A model generated the notes under the pieces. It was not told where the DNA came from. It saw nothing but the letters and a program-made list of their open reading frames with translations, and made no database searches. A stretch of DNA of 64,000 bases, taken from positions 608,001-672,000 of the forward strand of contig CAXXNF010000002.1 of assembly GCA_963666365.2 (NCBI GenBank). Direction: 5' to 3'. The translations under genes and the position numbers were made by a program. Origin of the DNA: Syntrophales bacterium. Lineage in GTDB: Bacteria; Desulfobacterota; Syntrophia; Syntrophales; UBA2210. Below, in pieces: positions 27,658-37,223 of the stretch (within the stretch, counting starts at the first letter, position 1; every line of letters begins with the position of its first letter).

Positions 27658-29165
27658 AACTACTATTCAATCGCAGTACTTTATTAAAAATATCTATTAG
27701 TTATATACACATGAGTCTTCTGTGTCTCGCCGTTGCTGGAACGTCATTCGGATACAATCTCGACAGCAGAGTCCAGAAATTCACATTGAAAAACGGTATC
27801 AGAATTCTTGTGCTTGAACGAGACATAAGCCCGACTGCTTCGTTCTACATACGGCATAAAGTGGGCGCTGTTGATGATGGATGCAGTCAGACGGGAATGG
27901 CACACTTTCTTGAGCATATGCGATTCAAGGGAACAACATCACTGGGAACGAACGATTACAAGAAGGAATCGGAGATCCTCAAGGCGATTGATCACACCAT
28001 TCAGTTTCTGGATGTTGAAAATGCAAAAGAAAGCCCTGATGCTGAACGTATAGGTCAATTAGAAGAGGAACTAAAGAAGCTCAGCCGGGAACAGGAGCAA
28101 TACGTGATCGCAAATGAAATCGATCGCCTTTACACAGAAAACGGCGCCGTTAATATGAATGCATCCACAGGATACGATTTGACCACATATCATGTCAGTC
28201 TGCCCTCAAACAAGATGGAATTATGGGCTAGGATCGAGTCCGACCGGTTACTGAACCCCGTATTCAGGGGATTCATGTCCGAACGCAAGGTAATCATAGA
28301 AGAGCGGGAACAAACAGTGGAATCCAATCCGGAGAGGAAACTGATGGAGCTTTTTCTTGCTACGGCCTTTACTGTGCATCCCTATAGACGGCCCATTCTC
28401 GGTTGGAAATCCGATATGCCCCATCTGAACAAAAACTACATGAAGGAATTTTTCAGCACCTATTACGTTGCCGAAAATACGGTAATTGCCGTTGTGGGGA
28501 ATGTAGTCGCCTCTGATGTGGTGGAGGTGATTGACCGGTATTTCGGCGGCATGCCTGCAAAGCCGCTTCCTCGCGTGAGAATAACGGATGAACCGCCACA
28601 AGCGGGTGAACGAAGGATTGCGCTTATCGCCGAGGCGGAGCCCAGGCTGATTATTGGATATCAGAAGCCGACCATGCCGTCGAATGATGATTATATCTTT
28701 GATGTTATCGATGTCATCCTTTCGGGAGGGCGGTCATCACGTCTTTATAAGCGCCTGGTCAAGGAGAAGGGCATCGCCTCGGAAGTGGAAACTGCCAATG
28801 GATTTCCCGGCGCGCGATATTCAAATCTTTTTACTGTCTTTGCGTCGCCAAAGGCCCCCTACAAAAACAGTGATCTTGAAAACGCCCTTTATGAGGAGAT
28901 CGAAGCGCTTAAAAACACCGCTGTAGGTCCAGATGAGATGGAAAAAGCAAAGAATCAAATCAAAGCCGATTTTGTGCGCAGCCTCTCCTCCAACAGCGGG
29001 CTTGCAGGGATGCTTTCCTATTTCGAGGCTCTTACAGGGGATTATCGCTATATAACGAAATACCTCGACAGGATTGAGAAAGTCAGTCCAGAGGAAATAA
29101 AGAAAGTGGCTGCAACATATTTAACCTCCAAAAACAGAACCGTCGCACTGCTTCAAAAGGATTGA
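27654..29165 (+). CDS. M16B zinc peptidase, catalytic subunit
   Basis: GMAHFLEHMRFKGT (HxxEH), NAST..D.T.Y, SSRLY; signal peptide. Confidence 0.93.
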   Translation: MKLLFNRSTLLKISISYIHMSLLCLAVAGTSFGYNLDSRVQKFTLKNGIRILVLERDISPTASFYIRHKVGAVDDGCSQTGMAHFLEHMRFKGTTSLGTNDYKKESEILKAIDHTIQFLDVENAKESPDAERIGQLEEELKKLSREQEQYVIANEIDRLYTENGAVNMNASTGYDLTTYHVSLPSNKMELWARIESDRLLNPVFRGFMSERKVIIEEREQTVESNPERKLMELFLATAFTVHPYRRPILGWKSDMPHLNKNYMKEFFSTYYVAENTVIAVVGNVVASDVVEVIDRYFGGMPAKPLPRVRITDEPPQAGERRIALIAEAEPRLIIGYQKPTMPSNDDYIFDVIDVILSGGRSSRLYKRLVKEKGIASEVETANGFPGARYSNLFTVFASPKAPYKNSDLENALYEEIEALKNTAVGPDEMEKAKNQIKADFVRSLSSNSGLAGMLSYFEALTGDYRYITKYLDRIEKVSPEEIKKVAATYLTSKNRTVALLQKD

Positions 29166-29169
29166 TCTC

Positions 29170-30600
29170 GTGAAAAAAATCATTTCTGCTAGAGGGTTAC
29201 TTGCCTTCGTTTTTGCACTGTTTCTCATATGGCCGGCCATGTCGTATCCGCGGGAAATGAAGAGTCCCGCGGAAATCGTATATGCTCCCCTCACCTTTTC
29301 CCCTCCCAAAGCGGAGCGGGTCCAACTCGAAAACGGGATTGTACTCTACCTCATAGAAGATCACGAATTGCCTCTCATCCAGATATCCTTGGTGTTGAGA
29401 ACGGGATCGGTCTATGATCCCCCGGGATTGGAAGGACTGGCGGAAATTACGGGAGAGGTGATGCGCACGGGGGGAACGGAGAGCATGAGCGGTGACGAAA
29501 TCGATGAACTATTGGATTTGATTGCCGCCGATGTAGATGTTTCTATCGAACGTGAAACCGGATCAGCAACATATTCCAGCTTAAAAGATGATCTGGACCG
29601 GGGACTTTCTATCTTTTCACGTATTCTTATGAAGCCGAAATTCATGGAAAAAAAGGTTGCCCGTGCAAAAGAACTCAAAATTGATGAACTAAAACGCATC
29701 AACGATAGCCCGCAAAAACTTGCATTTCGTGAATTTGCAAAAGTGCTTTTCAAGGGTGACAAAAGGGGTCAACAGGCATCAATTGAATCCGTCAATCGTA
29801 TTGCCCGACAAGATCTCATTGACTTTCATGAAAGATATTTTTTTCCTTCAAATATTATGATGGCCGTGGCGGGTGACTTTTCAAAAGATGAACTGTGTAA
29901 AAAAATAGACCGTTACTTCGGATCATGGCGGTCTTCTGCATCAATCAATCGTATAGCTTCCCCGGACAGACTGCGTAAAGGAGGCCTATACTATTTGTAT
30001 AAAGACAGTCCCCAGTCCGTGTTCATTACCGGACAGATAGGCCCGGGACAACGGGACCGCAACTATTATGCAATGGAAGTGCTTGATTTTATAGTGGGAA
30101 GCGGTGGTTTTAAGTCCCGTATTTTCAGTGAAGTGCGAAATAAACGGGGACTTGCCTACAGTGCCGGCAGTTTTTATTCCCCTCGGGACGAGTACGGCAT
30201 TTTCGGCGCCTACGCCATGACACGGCCGAATGCAACGGCAGAAGTCACATCGGTTATACTTTCAATTCTTGAAGAAATTAAGACTTCGCCTGTTGACGGT
30301 TCAGTGCTGAGATGGGCAAAGGATTCCATTACCAATCGATTCGTATTTTCCTTTACCTCCGCGGCTCAGATTGCACGACAGCAAATGATGATCGAATTTG
30401 ACGGTCTGGAGCAGAGTTTCATGGAGACCTTTTGCCGGATGATCGAAGAAGTTACGGCTGACGACGTAAAACACGCAGCAGCCACCTACTTCAACGAAGA
30501 GACGAGGACAATATTTGTACTGGGTAACAGCGCTCATTTCGATAAGCCCCTTTCCACCTTTGGTGAAGTGATAAAGATCGAAAAGAAAGAGGGCGAGTGA
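29170..30600 (+). CDS. M16B peptidase, non-catalytic partner subunit
   Basis: LENG..LYL.EDHELP; no HxxEH; SRIFSEVRNKRGLAYS. Confidence 0.9.
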   Translation: MKKIISARGLLAFVFALFLIWPAMSYPREMKSPAEIVYAPLTFSPPKAERVQLENGIVLYLIEDHELPLIQISLVLRTGSVYDPPGLEGLAEITGEVMRTGGTESMSGDEIDELLDLIAADVDVSIERETGSATYSSLKDDLDRGLSIFSRILMKPKFMEKKVARAKELKIDELKRINDSPQKLAFREFAKVLFKGDKRGQQASIESVNRIARQDLIDFHERYFFPSNIMMAVAGDFSKDELCKKIDRYFGSWRSSASINRIASPDRLRKGGLYYLYKDSPQSVFITGQIGPGQRDRNYYAMEVLDFIVGSGGFKSRIFSEVRNKRGLAYSAGSFYSPRDEYGIFGAYAMTRPNATAEVTSVILSILEEIKTSPVDGSVLRWAKDSITNRFVFSFTSAAQIARQQMMIEFDGLEQSFMETFCRMIEEVTADDVKHAAATYFNEETRTIFVLGNSAHFDKPLSTFGEVIKIEKKEGE

Positions 30601-30620
30601 AGTCGGCTTTAAATAATAGC

Positions 30621-32019
30621 TGACAAGTGTCAGGACATAGGTAACCCAGTCTTAAAAGTAAAAAGTGTCAGGACATAGGTTACCCACGGCCACATTGCGT
30701 GCCTAATCTTTAGGCATTCGATAATCCAAAACATGAACACATTCATCGCCCAAATATACCTGGATGCGATGAATCGCCGTTACAATAGCTGCTCTCACGT
30801 ATGAGTACACAAGCTCTTTGGAAAGCTCAAATTTTTCACCAAAGATGTCGAGCATCCGGTCACTACGGATAAACCTGACGATGTGAATCGTCCCGTCAGG
30901 AATCCCATTGATCTTCGGCAGTTTGGTATTGGCTCCCAAGGTCACGGGTACAAAATTTTCGTCTGATATCATCTCTTCGGGCGTCTTTCCTTTGAGACAA
31001 CTGTATCGGTGATGCTTGTTGTGAAAGCGCTGAAAATGTTTGCTCTGCTCTTTCAATGCGCCGTAACTGGCAAACCATTGTCTGCGAAAGAACTTTTTGT
31101 TGTAGGTGTCGTTAAAATTTTCTACGACGCCATTGCGCCACGGTTCGCCGATCGGAATAAACACCGGCTGTACTCCGTAGTGTAAACACAGTTTCAGCAC
31201 AATTCCCAATGAGCGAGGATAGCGGTTGCTCCCACGGAAACTGAGCGCATTATCAAACTGTAGAAAATCCGGCAGTCCAAGCGTCTTCCAGACCCTCATC
31301 AGGTTGGACGCCACCTGGCCGTCCTCTTTCGTTCTTTGAGATTCTATACGTACCTTGTGACTGTAAATGTCGATCACGTTCATGGAGTAAAATTTGCCGT
31401 CTCCTTTGATATAGCGCGGTCCGACAAGATCCATCTGGTGTATGTTGTTGCAGCAGAGCGCCTCCCGGAAGTACGGATATTCGACACCTTTGGGAACGTA
31501 GGCAGTTTTTTTTAACGAGACCTTCTTGCGTGATTATTCGGGTAATTGTTCTATCAGATGGAAATTCTACCCCCAGTTTCGTCATCTCCCATTTGATCGC
31601 CGATACGCCAATCTGAGCGTAACGTTCGGATTCCAAACGTTTTCTGATGGATACAATAAGCTCTCGTTCTTCTTCCCTCGTCTTGGTCGGCGTGGTAAGC
31701 GGAGACTTGGATCTGTCTTTGTACCAATCCTTGTCTCCAGAGTGATACCGCTTCAACCATTTGAAAAACCACTTTTTTGAGCGCTTGATCTCTTGGTAAA
31801 TTGCCTTCGGCTCTTCTCCTCCTGTGACGTGACGAAGTATCGCTTGTTTTCTGAGCTCTTCCTCCATCATTCAGTTCCATCTCCTTTCTTGTTTTTAAAA
31901 GGAGAGACAGTATATAAAAAATAATCGTTCAGGGTAACCTATGTCCTGACACCAAAATCGGCTTTAAAAGTAACCCATGTCATGACACTTTTGGGTAACC
32001 CATGTTATGACCTTTGACA
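30621..32019 (-). mobile_element. IS481-like insertion sequence
   Basis: 6-bp target duplication AATAGC (30615-30620 / 32020-32025); ends TGACAA... and ...TTTGACA; ~20-bp subterminal repeats at 30627-30648 and 30665-30686, inverted at 31932-31952, 31970-31988, 31993-32012. Confidence 0.88.
30703..31870 (-). CDS. IS481-like transposase (HTH + rve/DDE) split into two frames at an A8 run (31513-31506)
   Basis: HTH ORF (SKKWFFKWLKRY) to LVKK; the +1 frame continues TAYVPKG...HQMDLVGP, QFDN, NGVVENFN. Confidence 0.85.
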
Positions 32020-32043
32020 AATAGCTAAAGGAGAAATTTCTTC

Positions 32044-33294
32044 ATGATCCACGATGAACAGTTTCGTCGTATATGCGATAAAATCGACTCTTACCAGGAT
32101 GACATGGTCGATTTGCAATTCGGACTTACGGCAATTCCGGCGCTGGCCCCGGAAAGCGGTGGCGACGGGGAACAGGAAAAGGCGGCCTTTTTGTCGAAGT
32201 ATCTGAGGAAGGCGGGATTTGGAGAACTCACCTCCTACAATGCTCCAGATCCGAGAACATCATCGGGAATACGTCCAAATCTTGTTACGATAATTCCCGG
32301 TCGACGCACCGAAAGAACGATATGGATTATTACCCATTTGGATATAGTGCCTCCCGGCGAGCTTTCATTTTGGACTACAAATCCCTATGAAGGCGTCCGG
32401 GAAGGAAACAAGGTCTTTGGAAGGGGAACTGAAGACAATCAACAGGATATGGTAGCCTCTATCTTTACGGCGAAGGCGTTCATCGATGAAGGGATTACCC
32501 CTGAATCGAACATTGGGCTGGCCTTTGTTGCCGATGAAGAAACGGGAAGTCAAAAGGGATTAGGCTTTCTTCTCGAAAACAAAGCCGACCTATTTAAAAA
32601 AAGCGACAGTGTCGTTGTTCCCGACTTTGGAAACGAGGAAGGTTCGGCCATCGAGATTGCAGAAAAAAGTATCCTCTGGCTGCGCATCAAGACAAGAGGT
32701 AAACAGTGTCACGCCAGCGTGCCGTCATTGGGAATAAATGCCTTTGCCGCAGCATCGCACCTTGTGGTGCGGCTGAGAGAGCTTTACCGACGTTTCAGTG
32801 CTGTTGATGTCCTTTATGACCCGCCGATCAGCACGTTCGAACCGACGAAAAAAGAAGCAAATGTTCCCAATGTAAACACAATCCCCGGTGAAGATGTATT
32901 CTATTTGGACTGCCGTGTGCTTCCTCGATACCCGCTTGCTGACATTATTTCAGCAATTAAAGAAATAAGGTGCGACGTTGAGACACAATTGAACGTTTCC
33001 ATTGAAATATCCACTGTTCAGGAAGTGCAGGCGCCTCCTCCTACACCTGAGGATGCACCGGTGATCATCTCGCTTCGTGAAGCGATACACGCGGTCCGTC
33101 ATATTGAGGCGATGCCTTTCGGCATAGGTGGCGGCACCGTAGCGGCACTTTTTCGTCAAAGGGGGATTCCTGCCGCTGTCTGGTCAAAAGTGAATCACAT
33201 GGCTCATCAGCCGAATGAGTACTGCCTCATTGAAGACATGATAATGAATGCCAAAGTATTCGCGCACTTATGTCTGCAGAAGCCTCCTGCATAG
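32044..33294 (+). CDS. M20 metallohydrolase (DapE/ArgE-like)
   Basis: HLDIVP, GRGTEDN, ADEE, QCHAS, AHQPNE. Confidence 0.9.
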   Translation: MIHDEQFRRICDKIDSYQDDMVDLQFGLTAIPALAPESGGDGEQEKAAFLSKYLRKAGFGELTSYNAPDPRTSSGIRPNLVTIIPGRRTERTIWIITHLDIVPPGELSFWTTNPYEGVREGNKVFGRGTEDNQQDMVASIFTAKAFIDEGITPESNIGLAFVADEETGSQKGLGFLLENKADLFKKSDSVVVPDFGNEEGSAIEIAEKSILWLRIKTRGKQCHASVPSLGINAFAAASHLVVRLRELYRRFSAVDVLYDPPISTFEPTKKEANVPNVNTIPGEDVFYLDCRVLPRYPLADIISAIKEIRCDVETQLNVSIEISTVQEVQAPPPTPEDAPVIISLREAIHAVRHIEAMPFGIGGGTVAALFRQRGIPAAVWSKVNHMAHQPNEYCLIEDMIMNAKVFAHLCLQKPPA

Positions 33295-33435
33295 CGAAAG
33301 TGAAAAGAGTTGCAATCGGGTACGTGAAGTGGTAGCATTCTTTACCCTGCGAAAATACATGAACACCTGTTTGCTGGTATGAGGTATGTCGCGGGTATGT
33401 TTTTATGCGCCGTAAGATAAGGTAGAACTTATATT

Positions 33436-34428
33436 TTGAAGACGCAGCCGATAGACAATAGTTCAATCAAAAAAATAGAATTTCCTGACAATTCCGCCAT
33501 TAAAATGCTGCTGGGCGAGCATGGGAAAAATGTCAAACTTTTAGAAGAGCGGGAGCAGGTAAAAATAGCTACACGCGGCAATGTAATCTCTGTGTCAGGA
33601 GAAGCAAGGCGGGTTGATTTTGTAAGTAATTTGCTCAACCAGCTTTATGCCTTAGCGGAAAAGGGATACGCCATTTATGCCAGTGACATTGATCATGCGC
33701 AGAGGATACTGGCAGGCAATCATTCCGCAGAAATAGAGCAGATCTTTCTCGACAAGGTGTTTATTTCATCGAAAAAGAAGGTGATAACTCCCAAAAGCAT
33801 CAACCAGAAACACTATATTGATGCAATCCGGTCATATGACATTGTGTTTGGAATCGGACCGGCAGGTACGGGTAAAACCTACCTTGCCATGGCGATGGCG
33901 GTGGCCGCGCTTTTTGAAAAAAAAGTGAATCGCATCGTACTGACACGACCGGCAGTGGAGGCGGGGGAACGCCTTGGATTTCTTCCTGGCGATCTGGCGG
34001 AAAAAGTCAATCCCTATCTCAGGCCTGTCTATGATGCACTTTATGACATGATGGATTTCGAACGTGCTTCTGCAATGATTGCAAAAGGTATTATTGAAGT
34101 AGCGCCCCTGGCATTTATGAGGGGCAGGACACTGAACGATTCTTTTGTTATCCTCGACGAGGCGCAGAATACCACGCCCGAGCAGATGAAAATGTTTCTC
34201 ACGAGGCTTGGATTTGATTCTAAGGCAGTTATTACCGGAGATGTTACTCAGACAGATCTTCCTCCCGACAAGATGTCAGGCTTGATACATGCAGCACAGA
34301 TTCTCAGTGAGACGAAGGGTATTAAATTCGTTAATTTTTCCGATATTGATGTAGTACGCCATCCGTTGGTGCAAGATATTATTCGCGCCTACAACAATCT
34401 GAATCATACCGAAACACGAGATGAATGA
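33436..34428 (+). CDS. phoH: PhoH family ATPase
   Basis: GPAGTGKT, RPAVEAGE.LGFLPGD, MRGRT, DEAQN, DVVRH. Confidence 0.95.
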   Translation: MKTQPIDNSSIKKIEFPDNSAIKMLLGEHGKNVKLLEEREQVKIATRGNVISVSGEARRVDFVSNLLNQLYALAEKGYAIYASDIDHAQRILAGNHSAEIEQIFLDKVFISSKKKVITPKSINQKHYIDAIRSYDIVFGIGPAGTGKTYLAMAMAVAALFEKKVNRIVLTRPAVEAGERLGFLPGDLAEKVNPYLRPVYDALYDMMDFERASAMIAKGIIEVAPLAFMRGRTLNDSFVILDEAQNTTPEQMKMFLTRLGFDSKAVITGDVTQTDLPPDKMSGLIHAAQILSETKGIKFVNFSDIDVVRHPLVQDIIRAYNNLNHTETRDE

Positions 34429-36824
34429 CACCGGAAGGTATTGCCATGTATAAGCGCACGGGAAAATCTAGAAGGGGGAAAAGCGTTGTTGTCGCAGCAT
34501 CCAAACTCATCCCTCCCCTCTTCAAAAATCTGATGTTTCAGCGATGGATCACTGCTGTGGGACTTTGTCTTGCGCTGACTTTTTTTCTCTCGCCGCAGCT
34601 CGATTTTGGTGTTCCTGAATATAAGGTGGGATCAATAGCTATCAACGACGTGAAGGCGGATCGTGATTTTCTGGTGGAAGACAGGGCATCTACGGAACAG
34701 AAAAAAACCGATGCCCTTAAAGAGGTTCCCCCGATTTACGATTATGACAGAAAGATGCCGGCAAAAATCGGTATAAGCCTTTCCAGTATCTTTTTGAAGG
34801 CTGAAAAAGATCTGCATGAAAAAAAGGGCGTTGAAGAAATTCAGCAGGAAGTTGTGGCGCGCTTCGAAAATGATTTGCGAGTATCGATTGCAGACAGCGA
34901 ACTCAAAGACCTTACCGATCGGAAATTTACATTTCAGATATGTCACAATATTGTTAAGCTCATATACTCTGCCTACGAACAACGCTTGATCGGAGATGAA
35001 TCTCTTTCCGGAAGCCCCAAAAGCACTCACATTATTGTGCACGACATTGACACAGAAAAGGAAATTCACCTCAAGGATCTTTCAAGCATTGTCTCAATGG
35101 AGGATATTTCTTCCCTTTTGAGAACCCGAGCGAACGCGCTGTTAGCGGATGAAGATAAAAAAGTCAGAAAACTGTCGTTGAGTATAGCTGAAAAACTCAT
35201 TCGACCGAACATTACTTTTGCAAAATATGCGACCGAACAAAGAAAAAATGAAACGCTCGCTACGGTTAAGCCGGTATTTTACAAGGTCCTGAAAAATGAG
35301 ATGATTGTGCGAGAAGGACAAAAAATGGCGGCAGTGGACTTGGAAAAACTGAACACGCTGTCGAAAAATGAACACGAAAGCTGCTTCATTCACACTTCCT
35401 TGCTCGTGGGCATGTTTATAATTTTTATGATTCTTTCCACTCTTCTTTTCAATATTTCCAAAAACTGGAGTGCGTCACTGAAGCGATCGAATATCGATCT
35501 TCTTTTTATGGCACTCATCGCATTGTTACAAATCATACTTGTGAAAGCCGGTATTTTCATCGCCGAGGCAACGGACAGTTCTTTACAATATTTTCCACTG
35601 GATGCGTATTTCTATGCAATTCCCTTTACTGCAGGCGCAATGCTTGTCGCAGTAATGCTGGGCAGTAAAGAGATGGGCCTTATATTCTCTGTCTTCACTT
35701 CTTTTCTCATAACATTTCTTTTTCAAGATAAGGCAGGAATGTTCATATACTCGCTCGGAGGCTCGATAGTCGCTTCCTACTACATAATTCACTGTAAACA
35801 ACGGTCCGCATTCTTTAAAGCCGGCCTCATTGTCGGTCTTGTGAACTGTCTTATCATGACTGCTCTCGCCCTTCTTACGGGAAAAATTCTGACTATGGAA
35901 CTTGTATTCAAGCTTCCCATGGCTATTATCGGTGGAATAGGCTCCGGAATTATCGTCTCAGGAACAGTTCCTCTTTTTGAAACGATCTTCGGGTATAAAA
36001 CGGACATTAAATTGCTGGAGCTGGCAAATTTAAATCAGCCGATTTTTCAGGAAATGATCATTTCCGCACCCGGCACGTACCATCACTCTATTATTGTCGC
36101 ATCAATGGTCGAAGCGGCAGCGGAAGAGATATCCGCGAATCCCCTTCTGGCAAAGGTCAGCGCCTACTATCACGATATAGGAAAGATGAAAAAGCCTCTT
36201 TATTTCGTAGAAAACCAGCAAACCTGGGAGAACAAACATGACAAGCTGACGCCGTCGATGAGCAGTCGCGTCATCATTTCACATGTGAAGGATGGCTGCG
36301 AAATGGCAAGAAAGCTGAAACTGGGGAGCCAGATCGAAGACATTATACGCCAGCACCATGGCACCCGTCTGGCGGTGTATTTTTACGAAAAAGCAAAAAA
36401 AGAACAGGACCGTTCCCGACATGTAATTCTGGAAAGCGACTTTCGATATCCCGGACCAAAACCACAGTCGAAAGAGGCAGGGCTGGTCCTTATTGCCGAC
36501 AGTGTGGAGGCTTCATCGAGAACCCTGAAAGATCCGACGCTTACAAGAATACGAGCACTTGTTGATGCGCGTATAAGGGAAATTGTCGAAGATAGTCAAT
36601 TGGCTGAATCGGAACTGACCTTTAGCGATCTGCACAAAATTGCCGGAAGCTTCACAAGAATCCTCAACGGTATTTTTCATCATCGCATAGAGTATATCGA
36701 TACGGATAAGGTATATAAAAATGGAGAAAAGAACGGACAATTTCGTAAAAAACCAACAATCAAAGATATCCGTAAATCCCTGCGAGTCACAACAGGCACT
36801 CATACGCATTATGGCACTACTTGA
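34425..36824 (+). CDS. 7TM-HD (HDIG) phosphohydrolase, PgpH-like
   Basis: Extracellular domain, ~7 TMs, APGTYHHS, YYHDIGK, QHHGT, FRYPGPKP, ADSVEA. Confidence 0.92.
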   Translation: MTPEGIAMYKRTGKSRRGKSVVVAASKLIPPLFKNLMFQRWITAVGLCLALTFFLSPQLDFGVPEYKVGSIAINDVKADRDFLVEDRASTEQKKTDALKEVPPIYDYDRKMPAKIGISLSSIFLKAEKDLHEKKGVEEIQQEVVARFENDLRVSIADSELKDLTDRKFTFQICHNIVKLIYSAYEQRLIGDESLSGSPKSTHIIVHDIDTEKEIHLKDLSSIVSMEDISSLLRTRANALLADEDKKVRKLSLSIAEKLIRPNITFAKYATEQRKNETLATVKPVFYKVLKNEMIVREGQKMAAVDLEKLNTLSKNEHESCFIHTSLLVGMFIIFMILSTLLFNISKNWSASLKRSNIDLLFMALIALLQIILVKAGIFIAEATDSSLQYFPLDAYFYAIPFTAGAMLVAVMLGSKEMGLIFSVFTSFLITFLFQDKAGMFIYSLGGSIVASYYIIHCKQRSAFFKAGLIVGLVNCLIMTALALLTGKILTMELVFKLPMAIIGGIGSGIIVSGTVPLFETIFGYKTDIKLLELANLNQPIFQEMIISAPGTYHHSIIVASMVEAAAEEISANPLLAKVSAYYHDIGKMKKPLYFVENQQTWENKHDKLTPSMSSRVIISHVKDGCEMARKLKLGSQIEDIIRQHHGTRLAVYFYEKAKKEQDRSRHVILESDFRYPGPKPQSKEAGLVLIADSVEASSRTLKDPTLTRIRALVDARIREIVEDSQLAESELTFSDLHKIAGSFTRILNGIFHHRIEYIDTDKVYKNGEKNGQFRKKPTIKDIRKSLRVTTGTHTHYGTT

Positions 36825-37191
36825 ATGTGACGATAATGAAGTGTCTGTGGTGTTTCTCGACGACGACGGCATACAGAAAATAAATCAACAGTACTTAAAG
36901 AGAAACAGGCCGACAAACGTTATAGCCTTTTCCATGCAAGAGGGTGAATTTGGGGGTGTAAATCCCTCAATTCTGGGGGATATCATCATATCGGTAGAAA
37001 CGGCGCAAAGAGACGCCCTTGAAGGCGACATGCCGCTGGAACATATGATTGACTATCTTATGATCCATGGAATTCTTCATCTTATAGGTTACGATCATGA
37101 GGGAGATATAACCGAAGCGAAGAAAATGAAAGAAAAAGAAATAGAACTTTTTAATCGCATGCACGGCTATTCCATCGAAGAGAGAGAATAA
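36721..37191 (+). CDS. ybeY: rRNA maturation endoribonuclease YbeY (start uncertain)
   Basis: PTNVIAF, LGDIIIS, HGILHLIGYDH. Confidence 0.93.
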   Translation: MEKRTDNFVKNQQSKISVNPCESQQALIRIMALLECDDNEVSVVFLDDDGIQKINQQYLKRNRPTNVIAFSMQEGEFGGVNPSILGDIIISVETAQRDALEGDMPLEHMIDYLMIHGILHLIGYDHEGDITEAKKMKEKEIELFNRMHGYSIEERE

Positions 37192-37223
37192 ATCCTCGTA
37201 TTCAAGTAGTTACCATTCAAAAA

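Noticed and set aside
30621..32019. Repeat-spacer-repeat pattern resembling a mini-CRISPR
   Set aside because: Only 2-3 units per side, inverted between the two ends, bounded by a target duplication and flanking a transposase; no cas genes. These are subterminal IS repeats.
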